Shown here: in pieces, positions 12,304 through 24,895 of the stretch
Numbering within the stretch: the stretch's first letter is position 1
Layout: every line of letters begins with the position of its first letter
Assembly: GCA_016748015.1 (NCBI GenBank)
Contig: JAAOMT010000664.1
Span: 504,715-568,714 of the forward strand
Direction: 5' to 3'
Length of the DNA stretch: 64,000 bases
Origin: Geosiphon pyriformis uo1
Taxonomy: Eukaryota > Fungi > Glomeromycota
Notes under the pieces: model-generated
Database searches by the model: none
What the model saw: the letters and a program-made list of their open reading frames with translations, nothing else
What the model was told of the DNA's origin: nothing
Position numbers and translations under genes: made by a program

Positions 12304-15300
12304 TATTACCAGAGGTTTTTGGTCTCTTTTTTTCAATGTTGTTGATGCCTGTTTGCTGTAAATTCACGTTTTCTGGATGTGGTTGAACCTCCAGTAACTG
12401 AATTTTATCTTCAAATTATCTCCTATAATTTGAACTGCTGGGCTTATAAGTGGAATGGCCAATTCCTTGCCAGTTATTTTATGTAGTTACGTTGTAATAA
12501 ATGTCAACTCTTTCCTAGGAATTGCTTGTCTGGAAGCTCATTAAAAATGTATAGTTACTTTGTTGTAAAAGTCAACTCTTCTACAGGAATCTCATCTGTA
12601 GGCTACCCTAATAATTGTAATAAGAAAAGAAAAAAAATGTAAAAAAAATATAAAAAAACTGATTTATAGAAGTCATTTCGGATTTAGGCCTGAAAGTGCT
12701 TTAACAGTTTACTGAAATTGGTAGCTAGTCAATTTCAAACTGTTAGTAGGAATTGGTTAATTTCAAGAAAAATAATTTAAGAATTTGGCTTTTCGAATTA
12801 TTTGATATTTATTTATCTTTTCAGTGTAAAGGATTATTCTAATTGTTTAAATCTGAAGTAAGATACATTTTCTCGAAGAGAGAAGCTTTTCTTTTATACA
12901 ACTTGTTGTAACACTATTCTATGAACTTGAACTTTGCTATTTTCTATAATTTTACTGAACTAAATATACATTTCAGTGAACTACAAGTTATTTCTGCAAA
13001 CTATTAGATATTTCAGCAAACTATCAATTATTTTGGTGAATTTTTTACAAATTTTGGCAAACTTTTTAAATGTTATATAGTTCAGGGTATTGCATAATTG
13101 ATCATTGCAATTAGGTTACATTTGTGTTATGTATAAATTGGGTTATTAATTAAATAATAATTTCGGATATTTTGCTAATGTAATAAGTGATAATTTGAAA
13201 CAATAATATATGCTAATTAATGATAAGATTTATAAGGGTAATTTCATGCTAAACAATATCTCTAATTTTGTCTAGTAACATAACCTTCTCCTCAAGACTG
13301 AGCTCCGTCGAAGTCCAAGTACTGTCTGTAATTTCCAGATAATAATCCAAAATTATTGAAGAAATTTGGTCTGAAAATTGTTGAAATTTCAGTTCTGTAA
13401 GCTTTCCAATGTATTGAATCTTCAAAGGCTGTAAAATTGGGTTTTATAGAACGTTTTCACAGGTGTGAAATAGGTCATAAAGTCTAAGAGCAGCTCTTAG
13501 TTTATAATGACTGTTTGTAGGTTCAGCTGTCATCTTGAATTCGTTGTGGAGTTGTTTCCGAATAGCTTCTTTTGTGAGGTTTGCTGCTGTAAGCTTTAGT
13601 TTTTGCTTATGAAGTGTTTTTCTAATATAAAAATATCTATATATTGGAGGGTAGGTAAATAGCTTGGGCAATTTTTTCAGCATGGTCGATCTTGAATGGT
13701 TTGTCAGTTTCATTTTGAAGCATCACTGTAATGTCTCCAGTATATCCAGCATCGATTATTCCTCCTCTGACATTGATTCTTTTGCTTGCCAGAGAGGACT
13801 GGAAGGCAATTTGAACCATTGCTCCTGGCGGGATTTCGAGTGCAATCTTGAGGTTGATTTTTGTGAGAGATTTGGGTTTGAGAACAAGAGTATTCTTGTC
13901 TGGATATCTTAGGTCATATCCAGCATCAATTTCATGTGCTTTTTCGGGTTTTATTCCTTGTCCATTGTTGTTAAAGTATTTGAGTTGTAAGACAGGCTGA
14001 CTTTCGATAAGATAGATGGGTGTTGTTTCAATTTCTTCTGTTGCTTCAGGTTCTCCAAATTCAATTTCATTTTCATCATTTTCACTGGGCAGGGGAACAC
14101 TAAGAGCATAGCATTCAGGGCACCATTGCTCATTACAGGGCATTATGTATTCTTCACACAATTTAACATTCATTTGCTCTAGCTGTTAAGCTTGAGCTTT
14201 TTTGGTCAGGTAAGTGTGACTGGCAATTTGGTGATATACTTTTACTTCATCTTCGTAGTTGTATCCAGCGATTTCAAAGGTGTATGCAATGTATTCTGAT
14301 TCTTTTATTTGACAAACATTTTCTTTAATGGCTCTGTTGATTAAAGCTATTGCTAAGTCGAAAATCATTTCGGCATCATAAGGGTAATGGTACAGTTTGT
14401 TGAGAGCACTGTTGTATGCTGCATCAAAGGGTGTTCCTCTTTTTACTTTTTCTGAAATTGATAAAGCATATTGGCAGATCTGATCGCAGACTCCTCCTCT
14501 CATTGCTACATCAATCCAATTGCATTCTTCTGGTAGTATATCTCCACAAGTCAAACAAGGAGTGTTATCCCATTTTCTACTTCTTTTTATTAGATGGCCC
14601 CATTGTTCTCTATGGCAAGCCTTGCAGTAATAACAAGTATGATTTTCATATTTTTCCTCAGGTGAAATGCAGGCTCCCATTGAGGAGAGTTTTTTGTGGC
14701 AGTTTTTGCATTTGAGTGGGATGTAGGGGCATTGTTTTCGTGGTTCTGGTTTTGAATAGAGGACATTCCATTCAGTTGTCACTGGTTCTTCTGTTTCAAG
14801 AGAATCATTTGTTGAAAAGTACTGTTGTTCAGTTTCATTGGCCCAATTGGAGATTGATCCAAGTGCCATAAATGTTTCAATAATGTGCTTTTCTTTTTCC
14901 GGTTCGAATTCAAAAGCTGGGGCTTTTTCGGAGTGTTTGTTGAATGTACCACAAGTGGCAGGTATTTAGGCGTGTTGTCCTTGATAGGAGATTGTTAACT
15001 CTTGTGTCTCCCAATTCAGATTAGCATTGGCTTTTTGAAGCCAATCATTTCTGATAAGAGCTTGGTACTGGGGTGCGTCTATTACAAGAACTTTGACTGA
15101 AATGATGATTCCATCAAGAGTGAATGGAAAATTGTCAATTTCTCCTACTGGAGTTTTTTTCATGCCATCGGCAGTAACAATTACTGTTTGAGCTGGTCAG
15201 TTGACATTTTTCTTTAACTGTTGTATTAACTGGTAGGTAATAATGCTTCTGGCAGATCCACTATCTAGGATTAAGTGAATTGTTTTTCCTTCAACTTCTG

Positions 15301-18300
15301 CTTCAATGTACATAGCTGTGATTGCTTTTTGTTTATTGGCGGCTGTATTACTAAGCAGAAATGGTGACTCATTTGCTTCAAACTTAAAAGGAAATATATC
15401 TGAAAGGTTGGCGTTTTCAGCGATTCTGGCTGGTAAGATTGTGGTAGGAGTATAGAAAGAGTTTTGTTGTTGTGCTGCAGCTCTACCTTCCGAGGGTGCA
15501 GTATGGTAAAAATCCTGTTTTTCTGGCATTGTTAAATAACTGGGTTGAGTATGATAATGGGTGGGTCTTGGCTGAGCTGGATTTCGGGGAACTAATTGGT
15601 TGTTCAAATTGATTCTATTGTTGTTTACTTGGTATTGGTTTTGTGGTGTAAATTGATTTTGCGAGATTAATTTTCAAGCAGGCACTTGTTAATGTTGTGT
15701 GGATGGTTGTTGGTATTGCTGTTGAATTGGCTGTGGGACAGGCTGATAATAGTTACTTTGATATTGGGGTCTTGGTAGATAATAAGCTGGTGGTGGTGGT
15801 TGATAATAAGATTGCTGTGATAGAGGGTAACATTGATTACTCTTATTTTGTTGGTCTTGTTGTAGCTTTTTGCAATCTCTTTTCCAGTGGCCAGGAATTC
15901 CACAGTAATGGCAACTCTGAGGCTGGTTATTAGAGAGTGATGTGAAGTTGTTTTGATTTCATCTTTGGGATGGTTGATATCTTTGGAGTTGCTATTGTTG
16001 TTGGTTGGTGAAATAGTTTTTGACTTTCTTTGCGAGTTGGTCAATTTTTTCTTTAGCTGCTGAGCTGGTTTCTCTAATGGCTAAGTTTACGAGTTTTGTA
16101 TGATTGGCTTCTTCTATGGCCATTTCATATCTCTTTGCATGCTGAATGGCAGAGTTTAAATCTTCTGGGGCATGTGGGCAAACCTTTTTAATCAGTTTAT
16201 CTTTTAAACCAGTGATAAATTGATCCAAGATTTAAGCATCGGAATAATAATCATTAGTTTCAAGTTGGCAAATTTGTTTGAGAAGTTTGTTGAATTTCCT
16301 AATATAAGTCATAATAGATTCAGAGAGTTCTTGTTTGATATTGCGAAAACGATTTTGAAGAGTGATGGAAGTATTATTGTTGGTGAACTGTTTAAGAAAG
16401 ACTGCTTTGAAAGTGTCCCAATCATTGAATGGAATGGCCAAGTTTTCAAACCATTCTCCTGCTGTTCCTTTGAGAAAGTAGGGAATTGTTCTTAACATTC
16501 TGGCAGCATTCTATTCATTTGCATCTCCAGCTTTAGTAACTTGGTTGAGCCATTCTTGGGGACTGGTCTCAATGTCTTCTCCATTAAATTCAAGAATTTT
16601 TGCAATGTATGCTGTCATTTTGTTTTCTTTGTTTTCACTGTCTATTAATTTTTCTTCAGTTATTTCAGAGTCGTTTTCTTCGTCTGCTACTGTTTCAGAG
16701 TGTTCACTTTGATTTTTAGCTAGAAAATCAAGAAGATTGGAACTAGTTTGAAGGGGTTCTTGTTGTCTGGTGAGACTTCTGGGTGATTTAAAATCTTTTA
16801 GGCTTGCAAATCAATTTAAGGGTGAATTAGGTGTTTGTGCTTGTGCAAGTGAAGTTGGAAAAGATGTGATGGTAAGTGGAAGTTTTGAACTGGTTCCTTG
16901 TTCAGGTGTTTGTAAGTGTTTGGCAGTTGTTTTTGGTAGTATTGGAGTATTTGGGGTGGTTTTTGAGTATTGCTTCAATTTGTGTTTGCCTTTGTTGCTT
17001 GTTTCTGTCTCTGATTCAAAATTAATAGAGTATTGAGACTGCACTGAATATGTTTCTTTACAGTACTTGATAATATTAAAATTAAGTTCTTAAAAGTAAG
17101 TAGCAAGTGTTTCGCTGTTAAGGTCTTTAGTTCCCAACTGTGAATAGTGTGCTAAATTGTTGTAAAGGTTGCTTCTAACTTCTGAGATATTGTAATTTCC
17201 AAAAAGATAATTGTTAATGCAGTTTTCAATGTATTGGTATACTGATTTCTTGACAACTTCAATTCCGTCTGGAATGTTAAATCTTTGCTTGCAGTGGGTG
17301 TAAATTGATTGGTAATACTCTAGAGTTGTTGTGTCTGGTGTGGTTACCACTTTGAAGTTGTTTTGCTGTGTTGTTTCCGTGAGAAAGCACCAAATGTTAC
17401 CGGAGGTTTTTGGTCTCTTTTTTTCAATGTTGTTGATGCCTGTTTGCTGTAAATTCACGTTTTCTGGATGTGGTTGAACCTCCAGTAACTGAATTTTATC
17501 TTCAAATTATCTCCTATAATTTGAACTGCTGGGCTTATAAGTGGAATGGCCAATTTTTTGCCAGTTACTTTATGTAGTTACATTGTAGTAAACGTCAACT
17601 CTTTCCCAGGAATTGCTCATCTGGAAGCTCACTAAAAATGTGTAGTTACTTTGCTGTGAAAGTCAACTCTTCTACAGGAATCTTGTCTGTAGGCTACCCT
17701 AATGATTATAATAAAAAAAAATAAAAAAAATAAAAAAAATGTAAAAGAAAAGTAAAAAAACTGATTTATGGAAGTTGTTTCAGATCCAGGCCTGAAAGTG
17801 CTTTAACAGTTTACTGAAATTGGTAGCTAGTCAATTTCAAACTGTTAGTAGGAATTGGTTAATTTTAAGAAAAATAATTTAAGAATTTGGCTTTTCGAAT
17901 TATTTGATATTTATTTATCTTTTGGGCGTAAAGGATTATTCTAATTGTTTAAATCTGAAGTAAGATACATTTTCTCGAAGAGAGAAGCTTTTCTTTTATA
18001 CAACTTGTCGTAACACTATTCTATAAACTTGAACTTTGCTATTTTCTATAATTTCGCTGAACTAAATATACATTTCGGCAAACTACAAGTTATTTCTGTG
18101 AACTATTAGATATTTTGGCAAACTATTAATTATTTCGGCAAATTTCCTACAAATTTTGGCAAACTTTTTGAATGTTACATAGTTCGGGGTATTGCATGAT
18201 TGATCATCGCAATTAGATTACATTTGTGTTATGTACAAATTGGGTTATTAATTAAATAATAATTTCGGATATTTTGCTAATGTAATAAGTAATAATTTAA

Positions 18301-18382
18301 AACAATAATATATGCTAATTAATGATAAGATTTATAAGGGTAATTTTATGCTAAACAATATCTCTAATTTTGTCTAGTAACA
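12304..18382 (-). mobile_element. Family-B Ty3/Gypsy element B1, internally deleted (no RT/RH/IN), nested in A1
   Basis: LTRs at 12304-13280 and 17395-18382; TSD GCAT (12300-12303 / 18383-18386); PBS TGGTGCTTTCTCACGGAA (17375-17392); PPT at 13281-13293; internal region 4114 bp versus 7931 bp in B2. Confidence 0.96.
13637..17350 (-). pseudogene. B1 gag-protease-Cys-rich-dUTPase (truncated)
   Basis: Capsid-like MTAYIAKI...DQFITGL; CHYCGIPGHWKRDC knuckle (~15870-15912); LILDSGSARSII; DAGYDL and GGIIDAGYTG (dUTPase). Confidence 0.92.
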
Positions 18383-18386
18383 GCAT

Positions 18387-20603
18387 TTTCTGAGATAACT
18401 AGGAGACTTAAATAGTTCTGGAAATTCAGGTTTTGGGAGTACTCAGTGCTCAAATTCCATGGTCAAGATCCTGATGGTTGTGCCATGGAACTGGAGATTA
18501 GTTGATGAACTACTATCAACAATCTTCAGCTTTGCTGTGTTAATCTCAGTTTTTGAGTTCTGTTTTGAGGTAAGTTCTGTGGCAGTATTTGATGTTGTTG
18601 GGGCAGATAATTTACCTGAGACTGTGGCTGATAATTGGGTTGGGACTGTAGTTGATAAATTGCTGTTGGAGGCTGATAGACTGGAGATGAGTATAATTGC
18701 TGCATCATTGGTGTTTGATATATTGGCTGCATCATAGGTAGGTAATCTTGTTGATATAGAGCTAGGTTTGATTGATTACTAATGTAATTCTGAGTTTGTA
18801 ATCGGCGATTGGAGTTTTGATACTGATTAACTGATTTCTGGTTGTTTATTCTTTTTTGACATTCAAATTGCAAATGTCTTTGTCTACTACAATAGTGGCA
18901 AATACATGTTTCCTGCTGCCACTGTTGATTAGTCGAGGATGTTAGACACAACTAATTCTGGAAACAATCTGTGTTTCCGGAATTATTGCATTGTTGTGGT
19001 AGTTGATATATTGTGTGATTGTCAGTTAAGTATCCTTCTAATTTCTGATTAATTGAATCACTGAATTGTTTCAATTTGGAATCCAATTCAAATGATCTAT
19101 TCATGATTAGGTTTATGGCTTGAACATGATTGGCTTCTAGTTCAGCTGCTTCAAAATCTTGTGCGTTGGTCACTGCGTCCTAGAGAGTTTGTGAATGCAT
19201 TGAACATATGTGTTGGAGGATACTACTGCACAATCCATGAATGAACTGATTTAGAATTTGTGGCACTGTAAAATAGTCAGCTTGGATTGCTTGAATTTGG
19301 CGTAGATTCCTGTGGAACTGTCCCAAGTAAGTAGTAACTGCTTTAGTTTCCCCTTGTTTAATTGTGGTAAAGGTGTTGGCTAACTTGTTAATGCTATTAT
19401 TGTTACTAAAGTACCTCAAGAATTTGGTTTTGAATTCATTAAAATTTTGGGGTTTAATGGCAAGGCTTTGGTATCATACATCAGTGGTGTTCTAAAGAAA
19501 GTAGGAAATTGCTTGCATGGCTCTAGCATCATCCCAGTTATTGGCTGTAATTGCTTTAGCTATATCATTCAGTTAGACTTGGACATTGTCTTTTTTGCCA
19601 GTGAATTTATTGAGCTTCACGATTGGTGCATATGCCATTTGTTGTTGTGGTACAGACAGCTGATGAATTTGTTAAAGTGGTTGTTGGGATGGCTATCATA
19701 TGGGTTCGGCTAGTGGCTGATTAATGATGATTTCAAGAGGTAAGTTTTGTTAATTAATTAAGTCAGGGTTTTGGTCATTCTGATTTGGCTGCATTTGAAA
19801 ATTTGGAGTTTTAATTTCCGGATTTTCTAAATTTAGATTTTGCTGAGTTTGGAAATTCAGGGTTTTAATGTTCGGGTTCTTTGGGATTGGGTTCTGGTAA
19901 GTAAATTTTTAATTTTCAGATTCTTCTTCCTTTTCTTCTTGTTTTTTCTCCGATTTTATTACTTCTCAGGGACTCACAGTTCCAAAATCTGGTTGGGGTG
20001 GTGGAAATTGAAGTCCTGATGGCATTGGCAATTGGGACTTAAATTCTTCAAAATATGTGCCATATAGTCTTAAAAGATCTTCTTTTCTTTGTTTACTCTA
20101 AAATGAGAATCGTCCAAAGATTAATGTCATGTGTGATGTGGATGTGCCTGTTGATATGATGTTGATGGTGCTTCCAGGTGTATAGTGATATGATGGATTT
20201 GTTGGTAATTCAACTCTGGTTTTCTTCCAAGTGGATAGTTGTATTTGTTTTGATGTTACTGCTGGTATTTGTAATTTTCCTTTGCCTTTACTAACATAAA
20301 TGATTAGATATTTTTGTTGTGTGTAATGTTCAATTTCTTTATTAATCTCAGTAATGATGGATGTGAAATTATAATTTGTTGGTAGGCTGGTGTTTTGGAT
20401 TAATTTGTGGTAAAAAGTTTCTCTTGCTGATTTAGTGTTTACTGGTGTTTCTAACAAATATGCAATTCTCTTGTTGATGTAGAAATTAAAGACTGATTCC
20501 ACTGATATATGATTTGGTTTAATTCTAAGTGTTGACAGTAGTGTTGAAATAAGGATATTGCAAATCCTAAATGGTTTGCTCCTATACTTTCTGATTCTGC
20601 CAC
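18387..20603 (-). pseudogene. A1 gag (N-terminal extension, capsid, CCHC knuckle)
   Basis: GTG GCA GAA TCA at 20603; MAYAPI.KL at 19638; ILNQFIHGL; CHYCSRQRHLQFEC. Confidence 0.9.
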
Positions 20604-20666
20604 TTTTAGGATGAGTGTAGTTGGTGCTGGTTCTCTGTAGGATTATACCTCACAGGGAGCACCAAA

Positions 20667-21527
20667 TGTTACAAATGATTATTTGGAGTCTTAAGTCAAA
20701 TAACAAATTCATAACTTGGTGCTGGATTGGTATTCTGGTGTCAATATCTGAAGATTTTGTTGTGGAGTCCTTTGTATAATAAACAGAAATTCGAGTATTG
20801 TCTTTCCCATAGCCTCCCGGAATTGCAATTCCATCAAATTTTTTTCTCAGCATGGCGGCTGGTAATCTTGGCAGAGATGCTTTTCTGATAAGCTATCCTT
20901 AGATTTTCAATTCTTATACCCTTCCTTTGAGGTTTTTTACCAGACTATTCTTGACATCAATAACTTAGCACTTAATTTTTAATCAGTTTAGTAAAACCAA
21001 TGAAATGACAAAACAAAGAAAATAAAAGAAAAAATAAAGAAATAAATGAAAGCAATTGCAAGTTAGTATCCTGTTAATAGCCGTGATCAAGAACTATTGT
21101 TCTTGTGTGATTAAGTATCACTTACTATCAATATGAAGTGTTGATAGTGGAGAGTAGATTAAGATGATGAATAATTATTTATTGATATTTGTGAATGGAA
21201 GGTTGCTTAGATCAAATCTAAACTGATAAGTCTGTCTTTTCTACTTCTAATGCTACTGCTATATATACATAATTTGGGTTCTATGAAATCACTCACATTC
21301 CTAAGTAATGTGCTATAATTTCTTAAGCAATGTGCTGTATTTTCTTGACATTGTTCCACATTGCTAAGCAATGTGCTATACTTTCTAACATTGCTCTATA
21401 TTGCTGAGCAATGTGCCATACTTTCTGACATTGCTCCACATTGTTGAACAATGTGTTCACATGCTAACTACTATTTTCCTATTGGTTTCCTATTTTCCTA
21501 TATCTGTTTTTTTTTCTATGAGTAACA
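20667..21527 (-). repeat. A1 5' LTR (861 bp)
   Basis: TGTTAC...GTAACA termini; adjacent PBS. Confidence 0.95.
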
Positions 21528-21531
21528 ACAT

Positions 21532-21686
21532 ACTGAATATTATATTAACATTAAATGACAGTTTTTTGTTAAATAGAAATATTAATAATATTATAATATT
21601 AGTTATATAATTCATATTAGAGACATATTTTAATGATAATAAAAAAAAACTAGATAAAATTGATTGTTATATCTCTAAAAAAATGA
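21532..21686 (+). pseudogene. Continuation of the hAT transposase relic after A1
   Basis: Joins 5502 across the ACAT TSD; ends in LDKIDCYIS, resembling the start of the hAT dimerisation domain; interrupted by element F. Confidence 0.5.
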
Positions 21687-23850
21687 TGTTATTCATAGAA
21701 AAATACAAAGAAAAAAAGCTAGAAAAACAGATAAAAAAATAGACTTATAAGAGAATAATACTTAACATATAAGCACAATATTAAAAACTATAATATATTA
21801 CTTAGCAATATGTATATTGCTAGCAAATTATGGCATACTGTTTAGCAATATGAGCAATATTAGTTAATTATGGCATACTGTTCAACAATGTGAACAATGT
21901 CAGTAAATTAAGGCACATTGCTTAATAATGTGAACATTATTAGTAAATTAGAGCACATTGTTCAGAAAAATATAAGATCTTATAGAACAAAAAAATATGT
22001 ATATATAACAAAAGTATTAGAAACAGAATTAATAGAAAAATCCAATTTAAAATCAATACTCACAACCCATTAATTATCTCATATTTTTCTTTTCAAAAGA
22101 TAGTTTTCTACAACTTGAAGTGAAATCAAATCACATATCAATAAAATATCAATTACTACTTGAATTTATGTTATTATTGCTTGATTAAAAAATATTAATT
22201 ATCTTCACTTTATTAACACTCTATGTTGATAGAATTCAATACTTGATTACACTAAAACAATAGCTTTTGATTATAGTTATTGATGGAATACTAATTTCTT
22301 ATTTTCTTTTAATTTTCTTTTAATTTTTTTTATCTTTTCTATTGTTGTTTTGTTGATTTATTAATTGAGTAAAAAAATTAAGCATTGAGTAATTTGATGT
22401 TATGAATAGTCTAGTAAAAAACCCAGAAATAAGTGTAAAAAACTCAGAAATTGAGAATAGCTTACTAAAAAAACATAACTGTCAGAATAAGCTGGCCACT
22501 ACACTGAAAAAAAAAATTTGATGGAATAACCATTCTGAAAGGCTATTGAAACAATCATTGAATCTCTGTTTATTATACAAAAAACTCTATCAAAACCTTC
22601 AAATCATAAAAACTTTCAGAAATTATCACCATCATCCAAACTATTAAGCATCAAATTATGAATTTGTTATTTGTATTAACACTTTAAATAATCATCTGTA
22701 ACATTTGGTGCTTTCTGTAAAGTATAATTCAACAGAGAACTAGCATTAGCAACAACTATTCAAAAAAGTAGCAGACCAAAAAAATATAAGAGAAAATCAT
22801 TTATAATTTACAAAATTCTTATTTCAGTACTATCAAAGTTACCTTAGATTGACAAGTAACAATTGACCAGTAGAATCAGCTTTTAATTTCTACATTAATA
22901 AAAAATCAAATTCTATTTAAAAGTCCAAAAAAATCTAAAAGCCATTCTCAACAGCTTTAACAGTGAATTATTTTAAAGCACTACATATCTACCAAACTAT
23001 CTGTTTACATCAACAATTACAAAAATAAATAGAGAAATTGAAAATTACACTCAACAAAAATTTCTTATTATCTATACAGACAAAGACAAAAGAAAATTAC
23101 AAACACCAATAGGAACACCAAAAAGAATATAACCACTTACATAAAAGAAACCAAAACTAGTTTTATTCATTTATCTATTATATTATTACATGCTTGGAAG
23201 TACTATCAATATATTATTAAAAGTTGTATTATCATTAGTAAAAACACTTTCAGTAAGAATAATGTTTCAAAGCCAACAAAAAAAAGCCAAATTATTAAGA
23301 ACTTATAGCAATTTCTTTGAAAAATTTAAATCATAATCACTAATATTATTAAAATTTTGATTACTATTATTTCAATCTAATTTCAAAGCTACTAGTCTTT
23401 GAAAAAAACTGACTTAGAAAAGAAGAAAAATGAAAATCAAGAATTTAATTACCAAAACTTAATTCCAGAAAATCTAGAAATTCAAATTCTGATTATTTCA
23501 ACCCAGCAAAACCAGAACAATTTAAATCCTGCTCTCATTATTCCTCAAAACTTACTTCCAGTAATCATAATTGATCCACTACCAGTTATACCAATTGCCA
23601 AACTATAACAATAGCCACAACTTTTATTCTAACAATAATTTCAACAACAACAACCACAATCACAATTATTACTTGTACCAATAACTTATGTACCAATTAC
23701 AAAACTTGAGAAATTCATTAGTAAAGAGAATGATACACAAGTCTGGCTCAATAATATAGAAAAAGTTATTACAACCAATAAATAAGATAACACTAAAGCA
23801 TTATAAACAATTTTATACTTTTTCCAAGATATTGCTAACTCATAGTATTA
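21687..23850 (+). mobile_element. Family-A element F: 5' LTR (21687-22703), PBS and gag; 3'-truncated
   Basis: TGTTAT...TGTAACA-TT-TGGTGCTTTCTGTAAAG; decayed gag up to the capsid N-terminus (VWLNNIEK...), after which homology is lost. Confidence 0.88.
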
Positions 23851-24544
23851 TAAATTAAATATTAATTAAATTAATAAATTAATTTATAACTGTTTTAAAA
23901 TAGTTTAATTAATTATTTTTTATAATAAATTTATAAAATTAATTATTATTAAAATTATGAATTTGTATAATTTTTTTGATTATATACAAAAAAAATATAA
24001 TTATTAAATATAAAAATAAGAGTAAATTATAAAAAATATTAATTAAAAAAACAAATTACATAATAATTAAACTTAAAATACTATAAATTTAATATAAAAA
24101 TAATTTAAACAGTTAAATTAAGACATTTAAGTATTTTGGTTTATAATTTTTTTAAATATTTACTTATTAATTAATTACATATTTATTAATAATAAATTAA
24201 AAATTTAAATTATAGTATATAATATTGTTTTAATTGGCTTAAATAATTAGTAATATATAAACAAAACATAAACTGAATTTATTATAAAATATTTTTAACT
24301 TTATGTTTATAGATAACAATTAAATTGTATTTTATTAAGTTATAAAAATAATAATTTGTTTTTATATTTTATATTTTAAAATTAGTTATATTTAACTTTT
24401 TAAAAGTTTTAATATTTATATATTGTATGAATATATTATTTATAAATTAGGTTTTAAACTGCTTTTTTTATTTATGTTATTAATTAAAGCATTTTAACAA
24501 CATTTATTTTTTGTTATTGTGAAAGTTTTCAAAACTTTTGGTGT

Positions 24545-24608
24545 TTTTTATTTTTATTTTTATTATTATTATTATTGTTATTATTATTATTATTATTATT
24601 GTTATTAA
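24545..24608 (+). repeat. (TTA)n microsatellite within an extremely AT-rich tract (~23850-24720)
   Basis: About 15 TTA/TTG units. Confidence 0.85.
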
Positions 24609-24895
24609 ACAATATGAAAGAAATAAAAAAACAAATTTACTTAAGAAATAACAAAGAATAGTTAAAAAAACACAGAGTTTTACTATTAACAAGTAAGTTA
24701 TTTATTTTAATTTTTGTAACAAATTATAATTATAATTAATTTTGTTAATTTGGATTAAAATGACATAATTGACTGTTGTATAAAAATTTATGATGATGCA
24801 GTGATCAACATACAATGAGACAAACCAGTTGTATGCCAATAATTGTTTATAGCTTCTTACTTGGATGCATATTTTTCGAATCTCAACTGTAAGAA

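Larger units (their letters stand above)
5503..21527 (-). mobile_element. Full-length Ty3/Gypsy family-A element A1, containing nested B1 and inserted in the hAT relic
   Basis: LTRs at 5503-6324 and 20667-21527; 4-bp TSD ACAT (5499-5502 / 21528-21531); PBS TGGTGCTCCCTGTGAGG (20648-20664); PPT next to 6325; gag, PR, dUTPase, RT (YLDD), RH and IN remnants. Confidence 0.96.

Noticed and set aside
11825-12367. 180-aa ORF fusing the B1 LTR end to the A1 protease, which could suggest complementation of B1's missing pol
   Set aside because: It is a chance in-frame insertion junction with a non-ATG start, and downstream A1 pol carries many stops and frameshifts.
21300-21465. Palindromic repeats resembling a CRISPR array
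   Set aside because: Units are tandem with no unique spacers, lie inside eukaryotic LTRs, and there are no cas genes.
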